Positions 1 through 12,994 of a stretch of 39,456 nucleotides of DNA are shown here, piece after piece. The notes below the pieces were generated by a model that saw only the letters and a program-made list of their open reading frames with translations, made no database searches and was not told where the DNA came from. Numbering within the stretch: the stretch's first letter is position 1; each line of letters begins with the position of its first letter. The position numbers were made by a program, and so were the translations under genes. Origin of the DNA: Spirogloea muscicola (lineage: Eukaryota); assembly GCA_009602725.1 (NCBI GenBank), contig WELB01000016.1, positions 1,085,146-1,124,601 of the forward strand, read 5' to 3'.

Positions 1-266
1 CCTCCTCCTCTCTTAAACCCCTCCTGCCTCCCTCACCTTCCCCCACCCTCCCTCCTCCTCGGGCTGGTGGGCGCTCCGTCTCTGCCTCTCTATGCCGAGA
101 GCGCCACATTCACCTCCTCCAGTCACCTTCGAATCGTAACTCCGCCTCCGCTGAGCCCTCCATGGTATGGCCTAAGAGCATTCCGAAATTATTGTCCTGA
201 TGGGTACACGACAGTGACGAGGTAGTGGCGATCACTGATGTGCTGCCCGACTGCAAGATCCTGAGC

Positions 267-815
267 TCAGCGGCGGCATCGGCGGTGGGTTTGCAGAGCT
301 CCGTGTGCAGACGCTGGTGGTGATGCGGCACGGGGAGCGGCGGCGCTGGCGATGCTGTGGGGGTTGAGGAGGGGGGTGGCGGAGGCGGTGAGAAGGCGGG
401 GGGGGCGATGGGGTCGTTGGAGGAGGCGATGTCGAAGGGGCTGGTGGAGGGGACAAGGGGGGCGGGCGGGGAAGAGGACCGTGAGGGCGACGATGGTGGG
501 GAGGCAGGGGACGCCAGCCGCGGCGTCCGTCGCTGGCAGCGAGGAGGTTGGCGACGGGGGTGGCAGCGATGGCGAAGCGGGGGATGTCGACGAGGCGGTG
601 TGCTGCGGCGGTGGCATCATTGCGGGAGGCGAGCAGGCGAGGCTGGCGTGGTGCAGACCGCAGGTGTTCATGTGAATTTTCAGGCCTCGGGAGCCTTTGT
701 ACTCGTTATGGCACAGCGGGCACGGCAGCATCACGCTAGACGAGGGAGAGCACGATGGCGGGGTGACAACGGCGGGGGAGATACGGATGGCGTGGGGGGC
801 GCTGATGGAGGCGAT

Positions 816-846
<31 letters not shown>

Positions 847-1200
847 GAGGAGGAGGAGGAGGAGATGGCGATTGGAAGGGAATGGCGGCAGTGGCCGCGG
901 CGGAGAATGCTTGAAGACGAAGTGGAGGCAGAAGGCGGCGAGGACAGCGGGGAGCGGCAACGGAGAGGCAGGCAGAGGCGCGGCAGGGGGCTGCCGCCTC
1001 GTCTCCATGCGGGGACGAGGCGCCCCGACCGCCTCACAAAGGTGCTTCGCCTGGAGGAACTCCGGGCTCCGACTCCGACTGCGGCGCCGTGAAAGCGCGG
1101 TTGGAGCGATGGGGAGCGGGGCGGCGGAGGCGAGGGCGGCGGCGGCGGGCGGCATGGCGACGGCGGGAGCTGCGGCGGCGGCGGGTGCGAGGGATCCCAT
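267..1200 (-). other. GC-rich low-complexity ORF region with a C2HC zinc finger; either the 5' end of an RLE-type retroelement or a divergent host gene
   Basis: MLPCPLCHNEYKGSRGLKIHMNTC at 731-660 resembles the N-terminal zinc fingers of RLE non-LTR elements. A cccgccATGG context at 1200 (-) matches the host-gene start context but is in a different frame from the finger. The flanks are Pro/Ser-rich. Confidence 0.35.
823..864 (+). repeat. (GAG)14 microsatellite
   Basis: Read directly from the sequence. Confidence 0.95.
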
Positions 1201-1320
1201 GGCGGGCGCCGCCGGCAGCGACGTCGGGGGTCCGGGGTATAGGAGGCGAGGCGGCGGCGGCGGCGGCGCCCTCGACCTAGCGCGCGGGGAGGCCAAGGAA
1301 GAATGATTTGACAAGCCCCC

Positions 1321-1397
1321 TCCGTCATTTGGCCCCTTCGATTCTTTTCGGGCTGGCTTTTCACAGCCCTTGCCCCCATTGGGAGTGCCACTTCTCT
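1321..1397 (+). mobile_element. 3' UTR fragment of the CRE-like retrotransposon family
   Basis: tggccccttcga...ttcttttcgggctggcttttcacagcccttgcccccattgggagtgccacttctc closely matches 13160-13238, 13405-13478, 30464-30540 (-) and 36378-36497. Confidence 0.85.
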
Positions 1398-1591
1398 TTG
1401 CGGAAGCGCTTCTCTCCCTTTCTGTGCACTTCCTTCATGTCCATCTGGCCATGGGATTGCCTTGGTACTTGGCCACTCAGGCCCTCCATCGCTCCATTCA
1501 CATTCCATTTTCTACTCGGGGCGACTACTTGGGTTGCTCTTGGCAGCCACAATCTGTCGGTGCCCGCGCCACTGCCTCAGGCGACGGCCGC

Positions 1592-4500
1592 ATGGCCCTC
1601 CAGGCCGCCGAGCCGGCAGGCCCCGAGCTGCGCGCGTGCTTGGAGGCGGTGCCTGCGACGCCAGACGCCGTCAGGGCGCTGCTGCGGCGCGGCCTGGCCC
1701 TGACCGAGCCGTGGAGGGACCGGGACCCATGGTGCGCCCAGCAGCGCCTCAGGCTGCTGCGGTACTCCGACCGCCTGGACACCTTCCTCGCCGTCCACAT
1801 GGGCAGGCGAGCACGGCTTCCCTCGCCTTCGTCGTGCCGCTTGGAGATGCTGCGCACCCCTGACCGCAGGCACTACTCACGCTGTGTGTGGCCGGCAGCC
1901 GTCGGCAGCAGAAAACCGTGCGGCAGCTGACTGTGGAACCATGGTCTCGGGCGGGCCATGCCAGGTTTTCGGCGGGCGAGTACGTGGCTTTCCGGGAAGA
2001 GGAGCTGCAGACCGTGGCACTTCGACTGGCGCGAGCTGGCAGCCTGTCCGAGCTGGAGCTTCTTGTGAGGCGGCACGCGGCCACCCTGGGAGGTGGTCTA
2101 CTTCTCATCCTGGACGCCATTGCAGAGACCGTGCCGCCTCATCGGTTCCGCAACATCCTCCCTGGCCCGACACAGCCCTCAGGCGCCCCGCTCCGAAGGC
2201 CCGACTGGGCGGAAAGCAACGCCGCCGTCCGAGAGTTGAGCAGCAGCAGCAGCAGCTCGATGCGTGACTTGCTGAAGGCCACCGACGAGATGGTGCGCCT
2301 GGCCAGGCAAGCACCTCCGTGGCCTGCACTGGAGGTTGTGGAGTCGTGGTACAGGCAACGGGCAGGTGCCATCGATGAAAGCACTGGGCAGCTGGAGCAC
2401 AGCATGGCGCTGCTGGACCTGGGCATCCAAAAAGGCCTCCGTGGCCTGGAGCCGCTCCTGCTAGACGTTGCAGACCTTCATGCTGTCGTCTACACAGGTG
2501 CCAGTCCTTCTGGCCAGGCCCTTGGCATCGCCGCCTGGCAGGGCCTTGGAACCCATGAGCGCTTTGAGCTGCTGCTGCAGACCCCCACTGTTGATACACT
2601 CGTGCCTCGTCTTCTGGAGGTTGCCCTGCCATTTCTTCGCCGTCAGCAGCGCGCAGATAGTGGTGAGCTTGCGCAGGCCAAAAGCGACTCTTCTCTGTCC
2701 CCCGCGGTTTCCATGAGTGCAATATTGGGTTGTCCCTTGCGCTTGTTGGGCCTGTTACTAACCCCTGGCATGTTTGTATGAGACTGGCCGCACACGCGGG
2801 GAGGTTTGGGCCTCAGTATCCCTGCAACTCCAGTTGTTGCTGTTGTGTGCAGGCAGAGGTGTGGAGCAGGGCGCCATGCTCGCCAAGTGGCTGCTCTCTG
2901 CCGCTGCGAGGGGCCAGCTCGCGCTCTGCACGAGCATCTTGGCAGCTGCAAGCACTAATCAGCAATTGGAGGCAATATTGGGAAGCCCAGCAGAGGTTGC
3001 CGAGCTGGCGCTGCAGTGCTTGTATGCATGCCCTGCCGCGGACTGCTGGGATGACATGGACAACTTGCTACGGGCTGTAGAGCTCCCACGCCCCAACGAG
3101 GGGGGTGTGGCGGACAACGGCGGATTGTTGGCTGCAGCCAACCGAGTAGGTCAGCCGCTGTGGACGGGGCTGGAGGGAAGAGCTGAGCAGGCCTCGAGTC
3201 GCCTGAGTGGCGCATTGGGAAGGGTGATGCGTCAAGGCCATTTCCATGCCCCGGTGAAGGCTGCCAGCACCGCGCCAACTGCTCCATCCTCAGGCGAAGA
3301 TCTCGGCGGTGCTAGCTTCGTGCGAGAGAAGCTCGCGCTCGCCCGGAGTCACGTCGCAGGCGCCAAGCTTCTCCAGCACTACCAGGCATGCATGCTCCTC
3401 CAGCCTGATTGGGGGCGGGGGCAGTGTCGATCGTAGACGACCGTGGACCTTCTTGACCATGCTGAATGGGCGGGAGAGTGGGGGCTCAGAGCTGTGGGCC
3501 GGTTGGGATCATGTGTCATATGGCTGGGCGTCGTGCACAGGTGCCAAAGCCAGTGGCATTCGTGGCTGGAGTCCATGAGGACGAAGCCGAGGTGCGGAAG
3601 TTGCTTCGACAGGTGCTCGCTTCATTTGCTCGGGAACAGCCCCCCCGGTCAGACACACAGTGGGCCACGCTTTGGCACGACCTTGGCACTCTTCGGGCCG
3701 CTGGGCTGGCTACGCCCTCGGATGTGCACTACCCTCTTGCCGAGTACTGCCGTGCCCTGCTCAGGGCTGGCAGGTTCGGCCTTGCCAGGCCCCACCTGAG
3801 AGGAGGAGCTTCTCTTGGAGTCGAAAGGGCAGAACAGCTGGTCCTGGGAGCTGCACGGGACTACTTGTACTCGGCTCCCTCCTTGGATGCCCAGGCCGTA
3901 AGCATTTGAACAGCTTCCCGCAACACAAGCGCTGCAATCGTGCCTGTGAATGGACAACCCACAAGCTCACCTTCCTCCATCTCTGTGCTCTGACCAGGTT
4001 CGAGTCACCCCCGGTGCCTGCAGGTGGTCAAGGCCCGGCAATGCCTTGCTCTGCTCCCTGAAAGCGAAGCAGTCAAGGCAGAGTCACTGCTCGTCCAAGC
4101 TCTGGTGGAGGAGCTTCCTCCCAGAGGAGTGACACTCTTGCCTGTGCAGTTCCGACAGTTGCGCACACCGCTGGAAACCATTGCCATGGTGCTCGATGCA
4201 TCACCTGACACTCACAGGTACTCACTTTAACCCTTGCTTTGGCAGCAGCCTTTGCCTCGCAATAGCAGTCTACCCCATGTCAAACCTGCTAGAGTAGCGG
4301 TGTTGTCAATTCCACAATGACGACAAAATGTGTTGTCAATGCCTGGAGCACTTGCCTTGGAGCTTTATGTGTGTGACTGTACTGTTCCAACTGCTTGGCA
4401 TGCAGGGATCCGGATGGCCTCGTTGCTCTGGCCGCCCACGTAGGACTGACCAGCAAGGAGGATCAGATGCAGGTGCTGAATATAATCGCTCGCCATGCAG

Positions 4501-7500
4501 CTGCTCAGGGGGATGACGTACAGGCCACAGAGCTCTGCCTGCGCTTGGTGGAGCAAGGGTACATTGCCATTTGGGATCTGGCCGCTGCGCTGGGCAGGGC
4601 GCCCCTTGACGAGATAGGGTCGAACACAGCATTGACAGCGAGGAAGCGCCTCCTGGGATTTGCCCTTGCACACTGCGGGGATGATGATGTGGGCAGCTTG
4701 TTGGCAGCCTGGCAAGAAGCTGACCTTGCGCTCTCCTGTCACCACGAGGCTGTGAGGGAATCCATACCCGATGTAGGAAGAGTTGGTGAGCTGCCTTCAG
4801 GGCCACCGGCTAAGGGCATTGGCAGCGACCTGGATGGCATGCCAGAAGCTGTGGAAGAGCTCCAGAGGCTCTTGGGGCCATTGCTGAGCCAGCGTCTATC
4901 TAGCCTAGTCAGGCAACCCTCCGAGCGGCTGTCTCCACGTGACATTGACATGATGGCCAGGGTCGCCCTGCAGGCGCTGGCGAGCAGCCAGGGAGCAGCT
5001 CCTGACTTGGTCTTCCTGACGCTGGCCCGTGCAGCATTGCTGCGCATGCCTTGGGGCCGAGCAAGAGACGACCTCAGTCTGGCTTACCTTCTTGCAGTGA
5101 GAGACTCATCTGTCGCAGCCGATGTGCTTGATAAGGAGGTCGAGCGGTGGATCGGTGAAGGAGGGCAGAGTGCTTGGCATGCTGCTCGCATGGCCATCTT
5201 CTTCAGCAACCTGCAGTACGGCGTCGCGAGCGTGACCACTGCAGATGAGGTGGACCTGTTGGTCAGCGGAGGAAGTCCAGAAGAGCCACGGAGCCTGACT
5301 GGTGAGACGGATCAGGGAGCATGGGCATGGAAGCAGAGAGCCTGCAAGTGGGAATCCTGGCTGAAGGCGTGTGTGGATGCCAGCAAACTAGAGAACGCTC
5401 TGCCAGGGGTGGACACAGACAGGTTTGCTGCAGGAGATCGAGAGTATGTGCAGCAGACAGTACTCTCTCTGACAGGCCCTGCCTATCTGGACGATCCCAG
5501 TGCTCTCGACAAGGCCATGGTGCTGGCGACCTCCTATGGTGTGCCTCGGTGGGAGGTATTTACCTGACGATTCTCTGGCTTGGCCCTGGGAGCCCTCCGT
5601 TGCTGCAGACAGTAAGGTGCTCATCATACAGGTGCTTGCCTGTGCAGGTTGCTATGGGGAGGGTGCAGACGGTGCTGCTTTCAGATTGGCAGATGGCAGA
5701 CATACAAGAGGAGGTCCGAATATGGAGGATGGAGCTGCTCGCCAGGCCAAGTGTCCTGCTGCAGCGGCTGCAAGAGTTTGTGTATCCCAACGTGTTGGGC
5801 ACAGACCATACTCGCCTTAGCTGCGTCTTACACATGCTGGCAGACTGCCATGAGGTCAGCAAGGAGGAAGAGGCGGGAAGGCAGGAAGGCGGCACGGAAG
5901 CTGCTGCTCGCTTTCTGCGTGATGCAGACGTGTGCATTGCGCTCAGTGTGTCTGCACCTAGCCTGGACTTCAAGAAAGTGGAGGGCTTGGAGGGGCCATG
6001 TTTCGAGGAGGCTCTGCCTGAGATCAAAAGACACGTCACGATGCACAACGTGCAGGAGTTAGCCGGCATAGTTGCTACAATATTCACAGCCACAGGGCTT
6101 CTGTCTGAACAAGACGTCAACCTAGCTCTGGTGCAGAAGTGCCTCCTGGATATCCCTTGGCACGAATCTTCTGAGCAGTCGCTCAAGCGGCGCAGGCTGG
6201 CTGAAGGCTACGAGGCCTGTAGTATCTGCTTGCAGCATCTTGGGGAGGCTGCGCGGAGGGACCTCACGCAACTCATTGTCAGGGAGAGCATGCCCGCTGC
6301 AGCTTCTGTCGGTGCTCTGTGGAGAGGAGAGGAGGAGATGACGCTGGCACTGTGGAGCCAAGTACTTGGAGATGAGAATCGACTGTCGACGAGCGATGGC
6401 AGAAGGCAACTTGTTGCTGCACATGCGACGTGCTTGCAGGTATACAAGTAGCTCTTAATTTCACTGGGCACCAAAAGGGTTGGATGAGCGCAGTACCGTG
6501 TACATCTCAGGCCTGTTGCCATAAGCTGCACTAGGGTGCAAATTCATTTCAATCACACCGCTCGGTTCATTGTGCATTGGCTCTGATATGCTGACTATGA
6601 TGACTGCATGCGGTGACGTCAGTGCCATCTCAGGTCCTCTGCTATGCACCCTGCTGAGCAGGACGGCCTCTGGTGCAGGAATTACTGGGTGAGGCGAAGT
6701 TGAGCAGCCACCAGGCAAGGGCAACCCTGCTTGCCATTGGCAGGGAGGTGCTCGGTGATGGAACTGAAGCTGACTTGCTTACCGTCATGCTCCGGACGGG
6801 CACCACAATTGATGCAGTGCTACAGATGGCTGCGCAATCTGACGACATCCTTGGGCCAGCTTCAGAGAACGAGGCCTTCCTCCACCCTGCTGATGCTCCA
6901 TCGTCTAGTACTGGTGAAAGAAAGGGTCAAGGTCATGTGTGGTCGCTGTACAGGCATGAGTTGGATGCATGCATCCAAGACTGGAAGGTTGCCGTGGGGA
7001 CGAGCAGCCAGATGGGGGAGCAGGACGCAAGCTCACGTCTTGCCAGCCTGCTCGGCTGTCTGAAAGCTGCATCACCTGTGCCTGGGCTCCAGTCTCTGCA
7101 AGCGCATGCTTGGGGGACACTGCAGAGGGTGGTGGCAGACACTCAAGTACCGTTGCGCATGCGGATCCGTGTCCTGGAGCTTCTCAAGTCCATCCATGAC
7201 GACGGAAGTGGTGAGGAAGGCTTGTGGGGCATGTGGTCCCCAACCCCAGGGCCACCAGATCCGAGATCAAAAGGCGATGCCAAGGTGGCTGTCGGTGACA
7301 CTGAAAAAACGGGCCTCCTATTTCTCAAGTCAGCCGACCTGATCACATCGATGTCGCCTTCGGCTGAGATCCAGCCCGAGGACCTGGCATCTGCTTCTGC
7401 TGCTGAGGAGCTGTTCATGCGTTTGCGGGGGAACTCGTTGCAGGCTTCTAGGACACTTGCCTTGCTGGCCCTTCTGGAGTTGTGGGGCAGCTCTTTTGGC

Positions 7501-8955
7501 AGCTCCGCTTCTCAGGCACCGCACATGGACGACCGTGAGGCGGCTAGCGAGGTTGACACTGGTGGCGGCACATTCAACGATGGCGCACGCGGAGGCTCAG
7601 ATGGGCATGGTGTACAGGGCGACGCGGCTGTGGCAGATGGGCATGAGGGTTGGGAGGGGGTGGCCGGTGAGGAGGAGGCCAACGAAGGGTGGGAAGGTGT
7701 TGAGGAGGGTTCCCCTGAGAGTGCTGTTGAGCAGGAGGCGGATGAGGCAGGCAGCCGAGGGGGTGAGGGGTGGGGAGAAGCGTGGGAAGGGTTTGACGAG
7801 GAGGAGCTCCACGTAAACTCATTACATCGCTGCTGGGAAGTCATGATGCTTGACCTCCTTGGAGCCGGGCTGGCAAAAGAGGTTATCAGGTACTGTGCAT
7901 GGGCCGCGTGCAATCCCCCGCTTCCTGGACGCATGCTGTGGCAGGGCATGTAGGGCTTATTGTCCGTCAGAGGACCCTTGAAAGCAGCAGGAGGTCTCCT
8001 GAATGTCTGAATGGATATTTGTTGCAGGATTCTTGACGCAGGTCCTGCAAGCTCAAAGCTCTGCGCTGAAGTACCAGCTGAACCACCCCCGCTCCTTTTG
8101 ACCGCCAACGAGGCCGAACGCGTGGTGAGCAGAGCCAGAGCTGCTGGTGGGCCCCTGATGGCAGCCAAAGTGGCCCTTCTGCTACCATTCGATGCTCTGA
8201 GCTCGTCGGCGGTCAGCTCACTCAGAGATCACCTTCGCAGCACCAGCCAGGCTGTGTGGACAAGAGAAGGAGAGAATGTGACGGTGAGCTTTTGCGGCCA
8301 GGCAGCGTCTCATGTTATCCTGCAGTGGGCCTGTTGAAGCTGCTTCGTAGCACACTGGTAGCGCTCGCAGTCTGCCTTGCCTGACGACCTCACTCACTGT
8401 CCACCAATGTGCTTCTTAAGAGTGTCTATTATCTGCGCTGCTCAGAGCTATGATGTGGATGAGGAGCTACTCGTGGCATTGTTGGCCAGCGGCAGGCTGC
8501 ATTCAGCTGCAGAGGATGCTACATTCTTTTCCTTCATGTGCCATCAATTGGCACCGCTGGCTTGGTCCTTGCTTGGAGCTGATGGCAGCTCATTGCCTGC
8601 GGCAGACTCCCATCTGCGTGAAGATGCAGACCTTACCGTGCCATCCAAGCCTGCAATCGCAGCGGTAGTGTTTCCCTACTTCGTGGCAGAGCTTGTTGCC
8701 TCTCGTCTGCCTTCGCTGGCTGGCTCCCTAGTCCTGCAGTTCCTTGGTGTTCCCCTGGCACTTGCCACCTGGGCTTCATCGACATGTGCTCTTCAGCGTT
8801 ACTTGAAGCAAGAGCTACAGGTCCTCGACTCTCAGACCAACTCTCAGAGTGACAAGCTCGCTGACCCCTGCGTCTTACCTGGATGCATTGCACGCCTGCG
8901 CGGAGGTCTGAAAGTTCTGTTAGCGGTTGCTTTACGCACCATCCTTGATGAGTAG
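1592..8955 (+). CDS. MIP2: MAG2-interacting protein 2 / NBAS-like (Sec39-domain) ER tethering subunit, 10 exons, about 1970 aa
   Basis: Exons 1592-1806, 1965-2662, 2853-3385, 3541-3897, 4024-4217, 4406-5555, 5648-6439, 6679-7889, 8028-8283 and 8446-8955 join in frame (5916 nt). Motifs RLRLLRYSDRLDTFLAVHMGRFS, ILDAIAETVPP, WYRQRAGAIDESTGQLEH, HYQ|VPKP and EYCRALLRAGRFGLARPHL match plant MIP2/NBAS as I recall them. The start codon is uncertain. Confidence 0.88.
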
Positions 8956-9804
8956 CTAGGTCCTTAGTAGACAAGTGTGCTTGTTGACCAACCCCCTGAT
9001 GCTGGATGCGTAGATCTGTACAGTAGCCTTGCAGTCTCTGGATATGTCTAGGTATGTCTCAGGCTGCTGTCAAGCACCTACCTTGTGGAGCTGCATGCCA
9101 CAACATTCATTGCTGCAGACTTGACAGTGCACAATTTCTCACTGAGTGCAAGACATCAGGTGGAGCACACATGGTTCACCCAGTGGCTCATTGTGCACAT
9201 GGCATGCTTAATTCTCAGTGTCAAATTGGCACGTCAGAATACCTGTCTGTGACTACTGTAGACCAACAATCACAGAGAAGGCTGCAAATCCCGTGAAGAG
9301 CTTGGTGAGGTATACAAAGTTGCTAGCAGTCAAGGACCCACATCTCAACTTCACATATTGCAGCAAGTCGTGATCACACTGCTGCCTCCGGCCTGCTCAG
9401 TTGTGCCTTCTAAGCAGTAGCAGAGGGCTCTGGAGCTGTGTGAGGGTGGATTCTGGTGGATACTGTGGGAACAGTGAGCTTGCCCAAATTGCAGCCTCAT
9501 ACGGTACTGGGCTTACGCGAATGCCAGCCAGCACAAATTGGGCCATGAGAACTCCAGGGTCCTTGAAGTCAGCTCGTGAATCTCAAGATCCAGAAGAACC
9601 TCACAGCAGAATGACTTGCGAGTCATCTGGGCCTCTTGTCATCAATGTTGGCTGATCAGCACCTTTGTCAGGCTTCTCTAGGCTACCGCCATCCTTGCGA
9701 CATCCCTTCTGATCTGTGTGTGCAAATGGTGCTGCAAGCCAATCCTGCACTGCTCTTGTGCCCATGCGCAGGCCGAGCTCCATCACGTGCACCTAGAGCA
9801 ACTC

Positions 9805-12800
9805 TCATGATGGCCGCTTCATCCTTCTAAGATCGCCAACAATCTCGTCACACTGCAAGTCAGAGCTCAGACTATAAGTGAGAATGAGTGTGAAGGATGA
9901 GGGTGCATGCTGTGAAATGCTGCATGATGTAGCAGCTCATGTACAAAGTCATGCAATGGACTGCACGAGCAGGATGTGGATGATGCATACAGCCATTTGT
10001 ACACGCCGCATTGCCTTGCCTTTGCGATGTGCCTGATGAAGTAGTCTCCAAATCTCCGAGTGCTTTTGGGCTCGGCGACATGGACCATGTCCTGGCAGGA
10101 TCGAGCAAAGCCAATGAGGACGTCAGGGGCTGATTGTCCAGCTTGAAAGGCTTGCCAACAAGACAGCACGGGTGCAAGAACACAAAGCCAAAAGGAGGAG
10201 CATTTCAAGTATCATATCATATTGTTGGCAACATCATCACATCCCATCGTCTCATTGTATTGTATATGCCTAGTATTGACCTCGTCAATGTAGAAGTCAA
10301 TGGCAGCATTCGTGTAATCGCCATCGGCATCTACCACGTGATTTTTGTGCTTGTAAGTCATCAAAGCCGTCCTAACAGTCAAAAGCGCAACCCGGGAGAT
10401 TAGAGGGGGCCACATAGAGGATGAGGACAACATAGTCAAAGCTATTCCTACTATGCGGCACAAGCAAGTGCAACCTTCACAGTCAACTATCCATTACGCG
10501 GTTATGCCAGATGAAAGAGGCAATATGCTACTGAGTCCACGTCACAAGGATAGCTTACCGTAATGTCGCATCATCGATGTCCATGAAGGAGGCCAATTTA
10601 GCAAGAGGAATGGATGTATACAAGTTGAGGAAGCTGCGAATGTTCGGCAGGAGCTGCTGTTGTCGCACCTCTGCCAAGAACAATTTGAGCTGCAGCCTGT
10701 ACGCATCCTGCTCATTGATGCCACCAGATCATCAGTGAAGGTCAGTTGATTAAACATGTCATCTCACAGCAGAGTAGGTATCTCCTGCATCTTGATATCT
10801 TCTGTGTGTCAAGTGCATGCTGTGCGGTGCAAAGGTCATCAGGACAGTCCACAGGAAGACCGTCATATGCACCTGATTGTAATTTACGAGCGCCTCTTCA
10901 TAGTTGGGAGGCGAAGGGGTGATGAACTTGGGGCAGGAGTAGGAAAAGAGCTCATCAAAGACCGAGTCATCGCCTCTTTGCATGCGAGTCATCTTGTCAG
11001 CATACTTTTCACGTAAAGCAGTGCTCACAGACTCTTCCACCAACTTGTTCTGCAGCACAGAATGAAGATGAGGGCTTTTGTCTTTATGTTTATGACCACA
11101 AAGCATGACGAAGAGGCCAGTAACTACATAGCCCCAATACCAGCAACCCATCACTCAACAGCGCCCGTTGGTGAGGCTCCACATGTCTAATGTAGTCATA
11201 CCTGCGGGCACAGAGAGATGCAGATGGCGAGCAGAGCGTATAGCTGCTCGTTCTTCTTGAGAATCTGGTCCATCTGAGGAGAAGCTTGCAGGTACTGCTT
11301 GTTGCGAATGATATACAGAAGCACCCTATTGACTGCTGTTATGGCATCAGTGTACCTGCAGCAAAATAGGATGCAAACAAAGGCATGTCACAAGTGTATT
11401 GTTGACGCTGGCCTCATGTCAGTGCCATGATTAGCTAGCTGTTGATGCACCTGTCACTATCTAAGAAACTTGGACACGGCCGCAAAGAAGGAAGGAAGCA
11501 GAGAAGGGATCTGCCCAGCAGGACACTAGTGGCAATTTAAGCCACCATTGTGGCCTAAATTGTATGCATTGCATATGCAATGCGTGCCTCTGCATGACTC
11601 TCCAGGACACGTGACAGGAAGCATAAGCGTACATGGAGGCACTGGTGACGATGCTGACCTCCGCATCATCAGCGACGCAAACCCGTAGTAGTAGAGCATG
11701 GTGATATGGCAACCCATTGTTCGAGTGAAAGTTGCACTGGGCTGGCTGACGTCAATGGGCGTCACGCGAGCAAGTGCTGTGTGGTAGTCACCTAAGATGC
11801 AGTGCATTCTCAAAAGGCCCACAATGCTGAAGTAGCCGAGCACCGTCAGGACGTTGCTACCCCCACCCTCGTAGTCGTACCCGTCAGTCACGCTGAAGGT
11901 CAGCTCGCCACCCCTCTCGCTGTCCAAGATTTGCACGATGTCTGACTTGTCAATGAGAGCCTGCAAGTAGTTCAGAACGCCAAATACATTCCACACCTGC
12001 AACCGACCGCCCAGTGGATCCGTCGGCAGTCAGAGGGAGGTTCTCAGCAGACAGCTAACAGGTGTTTGCCTGCACCGTGGAGCTCTGCCTTGAGGCAACA
12101 CCCCAGACTGATTTCCAGTTGCACCAATTGTAGTCAGAGCGCGTCGGAACATCAGCCATAGTGACTTTGGTGCCCTCAGATGAGCGAGGGCAGGTGACCA
12201 ATGCACCTCTCCATGAGATGCAGGCCCTCCTCCACACAGTACTAGGTCGGCACCTGGTCGGCCTCCCGCAGGAGCAGGAGCTCGGCATCGGAGCGCGCCT
12301 TGGCCTTGGCGCGGAACTGGCAGAATGCCTGGAACTGGTAGATGAATTCGTCGACCATGTCCCAGAGCCACTGGTTGGGCAGCTGCATGTTGAGGTGGCC
12401 GTGCAGGATGACCTGGAACAGCTGCGTGTAGTTGTCCCACGACTCGCACCGCTGCTCCAGCGTCGGCGCCAGCTGCTTGTACAGGTGCCGGAAGTACATC
12501 TCCTTGTACAGCAGGCAGAACACGTGGTCGTTGTCCACGTACGGGGCTGCCACGGCGGCGGGGACACGCCGTCAATCGGGTGCGCTGCGCAGGGTACAGG
12601 GCCTGGGGTGCTCATGCGCTGCAACGGGGCTGCTCACCGATGACCTCGACGGGCGGCCAGGCGGTCTGCTTGAAGTAGCGCTCGCTGAGCTTGAAGAAGG
12701 AGCCCTCGTACATCTGGTGGATCTCGTAGACGTTCTTCTCGCGGATGTGGCGGTAGAAGTACACCACGAACGTCTTGATCACGTCCGGCACGCCAAACTG

Positions 12801-12908
12801 CGGGTCGTAGGCCTCCTCGCGCTCTTCGCCGCCGGCGCCGGGCCCGGGGCCGGGGCCCCGCCGCTCCTCGTACTCGTCGTACCCGCCGCCGCGCCGGGCG
12901 TACGCCAT
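9805..12908 (-). CDS. eIF3L: Eukaryotic translation initiation factor 3 subunit L, 9 exons, about 530 aa
   Basis: Exons 12908-12638, 12546-12254, 11996-11659, 11355-11202, 11049-10873, 10707-10559, 10371-10281, 10091-10020 and 9852-9805 join in frame. Motifs include LYKEMYFRHLY, LPNQWLWDMVDEFIYQFQAFCQFR, LGYFSIVGLLRMHCILGDY and FDELFSYSCPKFI. Confidence 0.96.
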
Positions 12909-12994
12909 GAGGGGCGGCGCAGGGGCAGGGGCGAGGAGGGACGGGGGTTTGCGGTGTGGGGGTTTAGGGGGAACAACAGCTTCTTCCCAGGCGG

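Noticed and set aside
12950..12972. ggtttagggg near eIF3L and tagggttg at 17723 as telo-boxes or telomeric targets
   Set aside because: Neither is a full AAACCCTA, and both are single short matches. The second lies beside adapter contamination.
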